This document shows positions 12,678-24,562 of a stretch of 64,000 nucleotides of DNA, one piece after another. Numbering within the stretch: the stretch's first letter is position 1; every line of letters begins with the position of its first letter. Source of the DNA: Squalus acanthias (Eukaryota). The notes under the pieces are model-generated. The model saw only the letters and a program-made list of their open reading frames with translations, had not been told where the DNA came from and ran no database searches. Both the position numbers and the translations under genes were made by a program. Location of the stretch: the NCBI GenBank assembly GCA_030390025.1, contig CM059432.1, positions 15,130,001-15,194,000 on the forward strand. The letters are read 5' to 3'.

Positions 12678-13480
12678 TAGAGTTATAACGGCACAGAAGG
12701 AGGCCATTCGGCCCATCGAGCCCGTGCCGGCTCTCTGTAGAGCAATCCAGTCAGTCCCATTCCCCTGCTCTATCCCCATAGCCCTGCAAGTTTATTTCCC
12801 TCAAGTGCCTATCCAGTCTCCCCTTGAAAACATTGAGTGTCTCCGTTTCCACCACTTCCGTCGGCAGCGAGTTCCAGGTCCTCACCACTCGCTGTGTAAA
12901 AAAGTTTTTCCTCACATCCCCCCTGTATCTCTTGCCCAAAACCTTAAATCTGTGTCCCCTAGTCCTTGTACCATCAACTAGTGGGAACAGCCTTTCCCCG
13001 TCTAGCCTAGCCAAACCCGTCATAATCTTGTACACCTCTATCAAATCACCCCTCAACCTCCTTTGCTCTAATGAAAATAAATCCAGCTTCTCCAACCTGT
13101 CCTTGTAACTAAGATCCCCCATCCCCGGAACCATTCTGGTAAATCTCCTCTGCACCCTCTCAAGTGCCTTCACATCCTTCCTAAAGTGTGGTGACCAGAA
13201 CGGGATACAATACTCGAGTTATGGCCTAACCAGCGCTTTATAAAGGCTCAGCATAACTTCTCTACTTTTGTACTGAATACCTCTATTTTTGAAGCCCAAG
13301 ATCCCATATGCTTTGTTAACCACTCTCTCAATATGTCCCGCCACCTTCAGGGACCTATGCACATTAACTCCCAGGTCCCTCTGTCCCTGCACACTCTTTA
13401 AAACTGCACCATTAAGTATATATTGCCTCTCCCTGTTCCTTCTGCCAAAACTTCACACTTCTCTGTATTAAATTCCATCT
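12678..13480 (-). mobile_element. CR1 LINE 3' fragment
   Basis: ORF 12751-13173 KALERVQRRFTRMVPG...FFTQRVVRTWNSLP plus CR1 3' UTR. Confidence 0.9.
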
Positions 13481-15006
13481 TCATGTCCCTTTGCACCACA
13501 TACCATCCTCGAGATTGAAAGTTGCGCAGGCAATCTGTTTTCAAGGTCTGCTACGGAACTGCTTTCATGAGAACTGAGGAGATTAAGGGTGAATCAGTAA
13601 AGGTGCTTTAAAATTATGAAGGGATTGGACAGAGTAGATAGAAACAAACTGTTTCCAGTGACTAAAGAGTATAGAATGAAGGGAGATAGATACAAGATGA
13701 AATGTAAGATATCTTGCACAGAGATAGGAGAAACAGAAGGTTGTGTGGCTGTGGAATTCATTATCAGAGACCATGTCAACATTTAGAATAGGTTCGGTTG
13801 TAGGAAAGGAGAATAAAGGGATATGGGAGCAAAGAAGACACATGGAATTAGGACCACTGTTCATGTGAAGGACAAACACCAACTCGAATTTTTGAGCTGA
13901 ATGACCTGTTTCCATCTTGTGATTTCTATAGCGTGCTGTTCTGACTAACCTGCTAAAGGGTGTGTGGGGGAAGAGACACATCTTCCAAGTCAAGGACGTC
14001 ACTAAGAATTGAAGCTCCACTCTATCCCTCATCTCCCTGCCCCCATCACCCCGCCCCCCGACCCCTCACCACCAATAGAACTCAAGGACAGATATCAACC
14101 TTGCAGGCATTACCTTACAATGTCCGCGGAGTGATTTCCCAGCTGCTGTTGACACTGAATGAAACTTGGATGCAATTGTGTACATCTTATGCTCATGCTC
14201 CTGCTCTCCCTTCCTTCCAACTGAGAGTTTGGCCTCTTTGCAGCAATTGACGGATTGCCTCACTATACCGAGTAATTTCAGATTCAGTGGTTGTTACTTT
14301 TGACATTCATAAAATTTTTACAGATCAAAATAAAAAAAACAATGTGGTTTTTCACAGCTGGCTAGAATGTTCCCGCAAATTACTACTTTGTGGGGGAAAA
14401 AAACTGAGAAAAGACATATTTTTGGGCTTTGTAAAAGCTTTTGTGATTACACAGCTAAGTCAGCTTGCCCTGGTGTGAGAACGCCTTCCGTTAGCTAATT
14501 ACACTGCGGAGCCTTCCCGAATTCCACTGAAAGAGGAGGAGTGACAGTAAGTGGGATCTATGGATCAATAGAAAAGGCGAGGGAGGGATCTGGGATAAAA
14601 ATAAAAATACAAAAAGACGCGTAGACTTTGTGAAGCACTGAGCTCCATGGAGCAAGTTGGCTGGCGGAACAACGATTGCTTGGCAGTCTTCAGCTCCCAA
14701 TCTTTTGTTCCCTCTTGGCCCAAAAATTGTTCACACAGTTTGCATGAAAATTATATTTCCAAAATATCTCTCTTTTGCTAAAACCTGTGGTGTCCCTATT
14801 TAAACCATTTCCCTGTCAGTTTCAAGTCAATTTCATACATAGATAAAATCGTGGTTAGTTTCTCAGTGATCTTTGTGAAAAACATCTCACTGCTTCATCA
14901 GAAATTCCAATCGTGAGATCTTCTTCCTGTGTAACAACAGTGTTACTTCAGAGTTACAGACAAATCGAACATAAGGGGGAAGAGGATGGAGAAATGCAAA
15001 ACAAAC

Positions 15007-15181
15007 CTTTTACAATTAACTCTGCATAGTTGGACACTCCGGAGCCTCCCTCTGACTCGATCACGCAGCGATAGTGGTCTGTGTCACTCCGCACGGTGTT
15101 AGCTACATTGAAGGTAGCTACGAATCGACGGTAGTTCAACACCTTGGTCTCCTTCATGGGTGTGTCCTTTCCGCTGCGTCG
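15007..15181 (-). CDS. Coding exon (175 nt, phase 0 to 1) of the same PTPRM/PTPRT-like gene; second half of the Ig domain
   Basis: ccttctccccAG|CGA CGC AGC...ATT GTA AAA G|GTTTGT = RRSGKDTPMKETKVLNYRRFVATFNVANTVRSDTDHYRCVIESEGGSGVSNYAELIVK. Contains the Ig YRC motif and the R2B GxGxSNYAELxVK end; in frame with the 116-nt exon. Confidence 0.96.
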
Positions 15182-15280
15182 CTGGGGAGAAGGATGTCAG
15201 TGTAAAGTTACACGCAAAAGGAGGATGCACTCATTCCATGGGTCGCCATACAATTGCAAACAATACCATAGCACTATCTT

Positions 15281-15742
15281 GTGTCAGCTGTGGCTCAGTG
15301 GGTAGCTCACTCGCCTCTGAGTCAGAAGGTTGTGGGTTCAAGTCCCACCCCAGGAACTTGAGCACATAAAGCTAGGCTGACACTCCAGTACGTTGTTGAG
15401 GGAGTGCTGCACTGCCAGAGGTGTCGTCTTTCGGATGAGACGTTAAACCGAGGCCCCGTCTGCTCTCTCAGGTGGACGTAAAAGATCCCATGGCACTATT
15501 CCGAAGAAGAGCGGGGGGGTTATCCCCTGTGTCCTGGCCAATATTTATCCCTCAACCAACATAACAAAAACAGATTATCAGGTCATTATCGCATTGCTGT
15601 TTGTGGGAGCTTGCTGTGCGCAAATTGGCTGCCGCGTTTCCCACATTACAACAGTGACTCCACTTCAAAAAAAGTACTTCATTGGCTGTAACGTCCGGTG
15701 GTCGTGAAAGGCGCTATACAAATGCAAGTCTTTCTTTTTCTT
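15281..15742 (+). mobile_element. Full-length tRNA-derived Deu-domain SINE (SacSINE1-like)
   Basis: A box (tggctcagtggg), B box (ggttcaagtccc), Deu core (gtctttcggatgagacgttaaaccgaggccccgtctgctctctcaggtggacgtaaaagatcccatggcactatt) and L2-like tail aaaggcgctatacaaatgcaagtctttcttt. Confidence 0.85.
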
Positions 15743-15790
15743 TGCCAGGAAGGAATTGCTTACCAAAGAGCTGCGTTGGTGAGACACAGA

Positions 15791-15961
15791 GGGGCAATGC
15801 TAACCTAACCTGCCCCTGGGGAAACGGACGGGAGGGGCATGGGGTGGAACGCTGGTTTTATCCTGAACTTGATGACGAGTAATATTGGCCGGGGTGTAAA
15901 ACCAGCATTCCACCCAACCCCATGGGTTTCCTGCCCCACAACTTCGGTTAAGATTGCTCCC
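15791..15961. mobile_element. Fold-back (palindromic) MITE, about 170 bp
   Basis: Ends ggggcaatgctaacc / ggttaagattgctccc; internal inverted arms catggggtggaacgctggtttta / taaaaccagcattccacccaaccccatg. Confidence 0.7.
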
Positions 15962-16898
15962 ATTGTGTGGGTTCGTTTCCTGGAAGATGCAGGAATGCCT
16001 ACTGGGAAATTTCTACTCAAGCATTGCCATGCTGCAGAAAATCTGCTGTAAATGTGAATGCAGTTTTCTAATTCTTATTCTAGTTCTCATTCTAGCTTTA
16101 TTAAGGTATAACACATGCAGCTGGCATGATGGGTGCTGTAATGTGATTAACTGACTAATTGTGCTATGGTACAGGGTTAGTGGGGGTCATTTTCTGACTT
16201 TGTGCTTCCAGTTTCGAGCCTCACTGGCTGTAAAAGCACATCGGATATTCCGATGCCCACAATGCATGATTTTCCAACCATTTAAATAATGCTTGAACAA
16301 TTGTTCACAGCACACAAATCCTGCGCCATACCGACCAGAAAGATGCCAGTTTCAATCCGCAGTCTGTGCTGGGTTAATTGCTCTCCGCCATAGGGGAGTT
16401 ACATCTTGTCTCACTGCCCGGAGGTTAGGGAGGATTAGAATCAGCCACAGCCTCCTGCTTCCTGATCATTATCCAAGAATCTCTGCTGCAAGTGCGTGCG
16501 TGTCGGCAGTGGGTGAGACAATCAGGTTCCACGGTGACGCCCTGTGTCCGAGTCGCCTGGTGACACTAATTATCACAGATGACTAATAGCCACTCAGTCG
16601 AGACAACAAAGGGCCCCTGGTGCCCATGCCATCATACCCAAGCAAGGAGCTAATGCCTTCCTAATAAGAGAGGGGAGAGAAATGGCAAGGGGAAAATAAC
16701 ATTATTCATAAAGCAATGCCCACTGGGAATTGTTCACAGCTGTCACATAACAGAAAACGCAGGTGAATTAAAAAATATATATATTTGCTCTAACTTGTCC
16801 TCTCGTACCTCTCCATTCTTCACAGGTGTTGGCAGGCTGCATGGCCATGAAGGCATCACAAGTGAACCTGACCCTGTCCATACTCGACGCCCTCACTG

Positions 16899-17290
16899 GT
16901 GTCAGCCGTGGCTCGGTTTGTAGCACTCTGGCCTCTAGCGTCGGAAGGTTGTGGGTTCAAGTCCCACTCCCGAGAATGGAGCACAAAATCTAGGCCGACA
17001 CTCCAGTGCAGTCCTGAGGGAGTGCTGCATTGTCGGAGGTGCCGTCTTTTGGATGAGACGCGGACCCGTCTGTCCTGTCAGGTGGACATAAAAGAACCTA
17101 TGGCACTATCTCGAAGAACAGCAGGGGAGTTTCTCCCCGGTGTTCCCTCAGCTAACATCACTTAAAAAACAAATTCAAAAGAAAAGAAAGACTTGCATTT
17201 ATATAGCGCCTTTCATGGCCTTAGGACGTTCCAAAGCACTTTACAGCCAATGAAGTACTTTGGAAGTGTAGTCACTGTTGTAATGCAGGA
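16899..17290. mobile_element. Deu-SINE 5' portion (+, to about 17175) followed by a Deu-SINE tail in the opposite orientation
   Basis: Homologous to 15281-15742; the tail segment gaaagacttgcatttatatagcgcc is reverse-complemented. Confidence 0.75.
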
Positions 17291-18289
17291 ATATATAAGT
17301 GCATATATTTCTTCTCCAATCGGTGCCAAGGGATAGTGATCAGGAATAGCCCTTTGTTTTATTTCCCCTCTCTAACTCAGAGGCACTGCAACGAACTAAG
17401 CAGCTACCAGGGATCAGATCTGAAACATTTACATGTGGATTTTGAAAGCTAAAAAAGACCTTCGACACAAGATGAACATGACCCCGAAATACATTGCTAA
17501 TATGCACTTTAGGACTCAAAGGGATCTAATGGCACATGAAAAAACTGAAGTGAATAATCTTGCAACGAAAGGACATAAATAATGCTTGTGTTGAGATACA
17601 CAGATAAGACATTTCATAAATTTGACGCATTCTTGCACTAAAGTGGTCAGTATTGTCAGGCGGCCTTTTCAAGGCTAAAGCACCAGCTCCTTCTCTGTCC
17701 TTTCATGCTCGTTGCTCTCTGTGTACCTTCTAAAGTCGCTCAGTGATTACCTGCTACTTGCAGCTTCACAGCTGTGTGCCAGGTGGGTGGTTCAGTGGTT
17801 ACGTAATGAGGCGCTGACAACAGCTACAGTACTTTAATCACCAATGTTGTGAGATGATTTAAATGCCAATTTTTAATTTCCACCAGTTGACCATTTTAAA
17901 ACAGAAGATAACTTTATAAAATGTTGCTTTGCCAGTAATCTAAAATATTTTACAATTTTAAAATAAATTGAATTTAAATGTAGCACAAACACCTGATGTG
18001 ACATCCATGCTATAAGCGTGACTGTAGAATGATGTTTTGTGTCTGATTTCTCCCATTCCTTCCTCTCCTGAAGGTACTGATTTGTTGCTAGGACACAGTC
18101 CACAAGTGCTTCAGTCACACCTCTCAAGAGTCCACGCTGAATGGACATTGTGCATTTAACAGACTAGTCCCAGGGTTGAGGGACTTCAGTTATGTGAAGA
18201 GACTAAAGTAGTTGGGATTGTTCTCCTTAGAGCACAGAAGGGTAAAGGGAGATTTAATAAGTGGTGTTTAAAATTATGAATATACAAAA

Positions 18290-21243
18290 AACAATAATAA
18301 TAAAACTGGACGGACAACCTCGGCACCGGCTACGGACACGACAACGGCACACCCAGCCCAGTCAACCCTGCAAAGTCCTCCTCACGAACATCTGGGGACT
18401 TGTGCCAAAATTGGGAGAGCTGTCCCACAGACTAGTCAAGCAACAGCCTGACATAGTCATACTCACCTTTCAGCCAATGTCCCAGACACCTCCCTCACCA
18501 TCCCTGGGTATGTCCTGTCCCACCGGTAGGACAGACCCACCAGAGGTGGCGGCACAGTGGTATACAGTCGGGAGGGAGTGGTCCTGGGAGTCCTCAACAT
18601 TGACTCCGGACCCCATGAAATCTCATGGCTTCAGGTCAAGCAAGGGCAAGGGAACCTCCTGCTGATTACCACCTACTGCCCTCCCTCAGCTGATGAATCA
18701 GGACTCCTCCATGTTGAACACCACTTGGAAGAAGCACTGAGAGTAGCAAGGGCACAGAATGTACTCTGGGTGGGGGACTTCAATGTCCATCACCAAGAGT
18801 GGTTCGGTAGCACCACTACTGACCGAGCTGGCTGAGTCCTGAAGGACATAGCTGCCAGACTGGGCTTGCGGCAGGTGGTGAGAACACCAATACGAGGGGA
18901 AAAACCTACTTGATCTTGTCCTCACCAATCTACCTGTTGCAGATGCAGATGCCCATGACAGCATGGGTAGCAGTGACCACCGCACAGTCATTGTGGAGAC
19001 GAAGTCCTGTCTTCACACCGAGGACACCCTCCACGGTGTATTGCGAGGCACTACCACCGTGCTAAATGAGATAGGACTACAGATATCGCCATTTTACCTA
19101 GATTCAGAACAGATTTAGTTGCTCAAAACTGGGCATCCATGAAGTGCTGTGGGCCATCAGCAGCAGCAGAATTGTATTCCACCACAATCTGTAACCTCAT
19201 GGCCTGGCATATCCCTCACTCTACCATTACCATCAAGCCAGGGGACCAACCCTAGTTCAATAAGGAGTGCAAAAGAGTATGCCAGGAGCAGCACTAGGCC
19301 TACCTAAAAATGAGGTGCCAACCTGGGGAAGCTGCAACACAGGACTACATGCATGCTAAACACCTGATGCAGCATGCTATAGACAGAGTTAAGCGAGCCC
19401 ATAATCAACGGATCAGATCAAAGCTCTGCACTCCTGCCATATCCAGTCGTGAATGGTGGTGGACCATTAAATAACTAATGGGAGAAGGAGGCTCCATGAA
19501 TATCCCCATCCTCAATGATGGCGGAGCCCAGCATGACTGCAAAAGACAAGGGTGAAGCATTTGCAACCATTTCAGCCAGAAGTGCTGAGTGGATGATCCA
19601 TAATCAACCTACTCCCGAGGTCCCCACCATCACAGAAGTCAGTCTTCAGCCAATTCAATTCACTCCATGTAATATCAAGAAACGGCTGAGCGTAATGGAT
19701 ACAGCAAAGGCTTTGGGTCTCGACATCATCCAGGCTGTCGTGCTGAAGACTTGTGCTCCAGAACTAGCCACGCCACTAGCCAAGCTGTTCCAGTACAGCT
19801 GCAACACTGGCATCTATCCAACAATGTGGAAAACTGCCCAGGTATGTTCTGTCCACAAAAAGCAGGACAAATCCAATCTGGCCAATTACCGCCCCATCAG
19901 TCTACTTTCAATCATCAGCAAAGTGATGGAAGGTGTTGTCGACAGTGCTATCAAGCGACACTTACTCACCAATAACCTGCTCACTGATGCCCAGTTTGGA
20001 TTCCGCCAGGACCACTCTGCTCCAGACCTCATTACAGCCTTGGTCCAAACATGGACAAAAGAGCTGAATTCCAGAGGTGAGGTGAGAGTGACTGCCCCAG
20101 ACATCAAGGCAGCATTTGACCGAGTGTGGCATCAAGGAGCCCTAGTAAAACTGAAGTCAATGAGAATCAGGGGAAAAACTCTCCACTGGCTGGACTCATA
20201 CTTAGCACAAAGGAAGATGGTTGTGGTTGTTGGAGGTCAATCATCACAGCCCCAGGACATCGCTGCAGGAGTTCCTCAGGGCAGTGTCCTAGGTGAAACC
20301 ATCTTCAGCTGCTTAATCAATGACCTTCCCTTCATCATAAGGTCAGAAGTGGAGATGTTTGCTGATGACTGCACAGCGTTCAGTGCCATTTGCAACTCCT
20401 CAGAAAATTAAGCAGTCCATGCCCTCATGCAGCAAGACCTGGACAACATTCAGGCTTGGGCTGATAAGTGGCAAGTAACATTCGAGCCACACAAGTGACA
20501 GGCAATGACTATCTCCAACAAGCGAGAGTCTAACCACCGCCCCTTGACATTCAATAGCATTACCATCGCTGAATCCCCCACCATCAACATCCTGGGGGTC
20601 ACCATTGACCAGAAACTTAACTGGACCAGCCACATAAATACTATGGCAACAAGAGCAGGTCAGAGGCTGGGTATTCTGCAGTGAGTGCCTCACCTCCTGA
20701 CTCCCCAAAGCCTTTCCACCATCTATAAGGCACAAGGCACCACTTGCCTGGATGAGTGCAGCTCCAACAACACTCAAGATGTTCGACACCATCCAGAACA
20801 AAGCAGCCCGCTTGATTGGCAGCCCATCCACCACCTTAAACATTCACTCCCTCCACCACCGGCGCACCGTGGCTGCAGTGTGTGCCATCTATAAGATACA
20901 CTGCAGCAACTCGCCAAGGCTTCTTCGGAAGCACCTCCCAAACCCACAACTTCTACCACCGAGAAGGACAAGGGCAGCAGGTGCATGAGAACACCACCAC
21001 CTCCAAGTTCCCCTCCAAGTTACATACCATCCTGACTTAGATATATATCGCCGACCCTTCATCGTCGCTGGATCAAAATCCTGGAACTCCCTCCCTAACA
21101 GCACCTGTGGGAGTACCTTCACCACACGGACTGCAGCGGTTCAAGAAGGCGGTTCACCACCACCTTCAAGGGCAATTAGGGATGGGCAATAAATGCTGGC
21201 CTTGCCAGCGACGCCCACATCCCATGAACGAATGAAAAAAAAA
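18290..21243 (+). mobile_element. Near-complete ORF2 of a CR1-clade LINE (family B): APE endonuclease plus RT, frameshifted; nested inside an older CR1 fragment
   Basis: EN motifs NIWGL...PDIVIL, VGDFNVH, LDLVLTN, SDH; RT motifs YRPISLLS, QFGFR, DIKAAFDRVWH, GVPQGSVLG, FADD; poly(A) tail. The host CR1 sequence stops near 18285 and resumes at 21244-21572. Confidence 0.92.
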
Positions 21244-22102
21244 GATAGGGAGAAATGGTTTTCACTGGCAGAAGGGTCGGTAACCAAAAGACACAGATTT
21301 AAGATAATCGTCAAAAAAGCCTGGGAGGACAACTTTTTTTACGCTGTGAGATGTTCGGTAATGCACTGCCTGAAAGGGAAGGTGGAAGCAAATTCAATAG
21401 TAACTGTCAAAAAGGAATTGGATAAATACTGAAAGAGGCAACATTTGCATTGCTGCGTGAAAAGAGCAAGCGAGTGGGACTAACTGGAGAGCTCTTTCAA
21501 AGAGCCGGCACAGGCACGATGGGCCAAATGGACTCCTTCTGTGTCGCAAGATTGTATGATTCCATAATTCTATTTAAATGGCAGGAAATCTGCCGTCCCA
21601 TTGAAGTACAGGAAAGCCCTGTATTTGGATAGTTAAAATAAACCAAACACCATTACTTCTGCTTCTTGTTTCTTCGCTGAAAGAAAAAAGGGCTTGCTTG
21701 ATGTTCTTTAGCCAACACAGAGGAATTTTTGGTTTGACATTTGTTCTCGTGATTAAACTTAAAGTCCTCCCCACAGCTCAGGCTGGGATTTTGTTGGGCC
21801 AAGGCTGAGCTGCCAGTGCTGGGATCAGAAATGCAGGGCTACACTGGACTGGTAGGGATCGAGATGAAGACAATCACCACTTGTCTGGGCAACACTTGGG
21901 TTAAGAGAATGCCTCTGTCTTCTCTCAACTGCAGGAACTCGCTCTGATGCACCACCTTCAGATGAGGAGAGGAGTTAATGGGAAGTAAAAAAGAGAGTGC
22001 AATTGTGCGAACGCTAAGGCAACAGTTATTATTACTGAGACTGCCAATCTTGCAGAGTCTCTGTATAATTACTGTAAGCCAGTCTATAGAAACAGTTCGA
22101 TA

Positions 22103-22247
22103 AAAAAAATTTGCAGGGCTACGGGGAAAGGGCGGGCGGGGGGGGGGCAGTGGGACTAGCTGAAGTGCTCTTGCAGAGAGCCGGCACGGGCTCAACGGGC
22201 CGAATGGCCTCCTTCCGTGCTGTAACCATTCTATGATTCTATGATTG
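22103..22247 (+). mobile_element. CR1 family-A 3' UTR fragment
   Basis: ttgcagggctacggggaaagggc...gggccgaatggcctcc...attctatgattctatga. Confidence 0.8.
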
Positions 22248-22330
22248 TAGTTGAATGGAGTCTCAGTTCTGGAGGATCATTTCACATTATGTAGTGACCA
22301 TATCGGTTTTGTTGAATGTTTTTTTTTTAC

Positions 22331-22446
22331 CTGTAGCCATAGTTTGTCAGAGAAGGTTGTCTGCCCGTTGGCCATGCACTGGAATGTGGCGTTCTGCCCA
22401 GCGTTAACTTCTACATTCTGCAGACGACGGAAATGGGGGGATTTGG
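22331..22446 (-). CDS. Coding exon (116 nt, phase 1 to 0) of the same PTPRM/PTPRT-like gene; first half of the Ig domain
   Basis: ttttctccttcttatcAG|CC AAA TCC CCC CAT TTC...CTA TGG CTA CAG|GTAAAA = (T)[38 protein letters not shown]. Typical R2B motif [21 protein letters not shown]; strong polypyrimidine tract. Confidence 0.96.
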
Positions 22447-22647
22447 CTGATAAGAAGGAGAAAAAAAAATAAGTGTGCTTTTAACAAAGTGGAAAAAAAA
22501 CATGCACAGTACATAATAGCGCTCTGGTAATTTGTACAATACATCTGGAATTAAGTTAATTGACGAGCTGATGCTACGCAAGAAGCCATGCTGTCAATCT
22601 CGGTGCTATCTATGATGCAATTTGTTTTCCTCCAAGACGTTATTATT

Positions 22648-22760
22648 CTCTGAAACGTTTGCTCCGTTTTTCTCTGCACAGATGCTGCCTGACCTGCTGA
22701 ACGTTTTCCAGCATTTTCTGTTCTTACTTCAGATTGCCAGCATCCGCAGTGTTTGGCTTT
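22648..22760 (+). mobile_element. Penelope-like 3' end fragment
   Basis: ctgaaacgttt...acagatgctgcctgacctgctga...ttccagcattttctgtt...cagattgccagcatccgcagt. Confidence 0.65.
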
Positions 22761-23008
22761 TGTTTTATTATTCTCTCCCCTATTCACATGCCGTTCGTTC
22801 ATTCACACAATAAATTACAGACACCAACAATGGCAAGAAACATACAGAAAACTGTAGCCAAGAAGAACTTTGCCTCAGTTGTCTACATCATTTATTTGTA
22901 TTACAGCGCAAGGGACACGAGCCCATCATTAAAGGCTAAACTGGGATCTGAATGAGATGGTGTGCATCATTCCGGATGAACACTGACTCCGGAGTCAGAG
23001 TCCTCGGT

Positions 23009-23560
23009 ACATAGAAACATAGAAAAATAGGAGCAGGAGGAGGCCATTCAGCCCTTCGAGCCTGCGCCGCCATTCAACATGATCATGGCTAATCTTCTAT
23101 CTCAATACCATATTCCCGCTCTCTCCCCATATCCCTTGATGCCTTTTGAAGCCCTCATCCATGCCTCTGTCGCCTCTAGACTTGACTATTCCAATGCTCT
23201 CCTGGCCAGCCTACCATTTTCCATCCTCCATAAACTTTAGCTCATCCAAAACTCTGCTGCCCGTGTCCGAACTTGCACCAAGTCCCGGTCACCCATCACC
23301 CCTGTGCTCACTGACCTACATTGGCTCCCGGTCCAGAACCCCTGATTTTTAAATTGTCATCCTTGTTTTCAAATGCCTCCATGGCCTCACCACTCCCTAT
23401 CTCTGCAAGCTCTTCCAGCTCTAGCATTCCCCGAGAGATCTCTGTTCCCACAATTCTGGCTCTTGCGCATCCCTGATTTTAATCGTTCCACCACTGGCGG
23501 CCGTGCCTTCAGCTGCCTAGGCCCTAAGCTCTGGAATTCTGTCCCTAAACCTCTGTCTCT
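23009..23560. mobile_element. CR1 family-D 3' end (-, 23009-23146) abutting an L2 fragment (+, 23147-23560)
   Basis: catagaaacatagaaa tail; L2 motifs SRLDYSNALL, LHWLPV, GGRAFSCLGPKLWNS. Confidence 0.8.
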
Positions 23561-24352
23561 TTATGTCTTTTCCGCTTCCCCCCGTTGCTTTCCCCCTTCC
23601 TCTCTCCCTGGTTCCTCCTCTCTCACCCTCTGACTTTCCGCAGTCCGGTTCCCGCTTCAATGATCAGCATTCAAATATAGTGCTGCTGTTGTGTGAAGCT
23701 CCGTGTCAGGAGGACCATATTCGTAAATCTGCCCTCAAGACAAAAACGCAGGCGGGCTGACTTTCCAATCCTGGTGGTGGAGCAGCGTGGCCAAAGAGCA
23801 GCGAGCTTAGTGCTCACTGACCTAACCCTGTGGCCCACCTCGCGGGATTTCCCCAAGGTCAGCTTCATTACGTCTCCACAGCCAACTCCCAGCTAGGATT
23901 GGCTCTTCCAGCAGGAGCTTGCTGCTGTCAGAAGAGGATAGAGGGGGAGGACATAGCGCGCAGCTGCAGCTCTTAAAGGTTGCAGCTGATACTTAAAGGG
24001 GCTGCTTTATTGATTCTGGGGGCAAAAAAAGCTTGAAATTGCAGGCCAACGAGGCACAGCAACTTCATTTTATGATGCTGGTTTGGAGGGAGATGCCTCT
24101 GGAAAGAAAGGAAGGAGGGAGGGTTGGAACTGAAGGAAGGAAGGAAGGAGAGAGGGTTAGGATGGAAGGCTGGAAAGGAAAGATGGTTGGATGGAAAGGG
24201 AGGAAGGTTGGAAAGGAAGCTTCAAAATGCAACCTTAACATACAATGTACTTGCACGACGCATATTCATCTGTTCATGTACATGCTGGGATACAGGATGG
24301 ACACTTGGTGACCGTCGATGTGCGCTTATACCTCCAACGAGTCAGTACGAGA

Positions 24353-24562
24353 CACAACAATAACAACTACTTGCATTTATATAGCGCCTTTAACCTACTA
24401 AAATATGCCAAGGCACTTCACAGGAGTGTTATCAAACAAAATGTGAGACCGAGCCACATAAGGAGATATTAGGAGAGGTGACCAAAAGCTTGGTCAAAGA
24501 GTTAGGTTTTAAGGAGCGTCTTCAAGGAGGAGAAAGAGGTGGAGACACGGAGAGGTTTAGGA
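24353..24562 (-). mobile_element. L2 3' end
   Basis: caacaataacaactacttgcatttatatagcgcc tail and gaccaaaagcttggtcaaagag motif. Confidence 0.8.

Noticed and set aside
1..15006. Next exon (first FN3 domain) of the phosphatase gene
   Set aside because: I found no EPPxPIAPP...GATYLWI-like sequence by eye; it probably lies beyond the window start, though a miss is possible.
14954..15157. Stand-alone 67-aa ORF from the ORF track
   Set aside because: It is the 175-nt exon read from an internal ATG and run on into the intron; the true limits are 15007-15181.
16899..17290. Twin-priming inversion of a single SINE
   Set aside because: The tail faces inward, which is not the geometry twin priming produces; two insertions or a later inversion is more likely.
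23620..24030. A fourth Myb/SANT remnant
   Set aside because: Only weak RFND-like similarity and inconsistent strand; not supportable.
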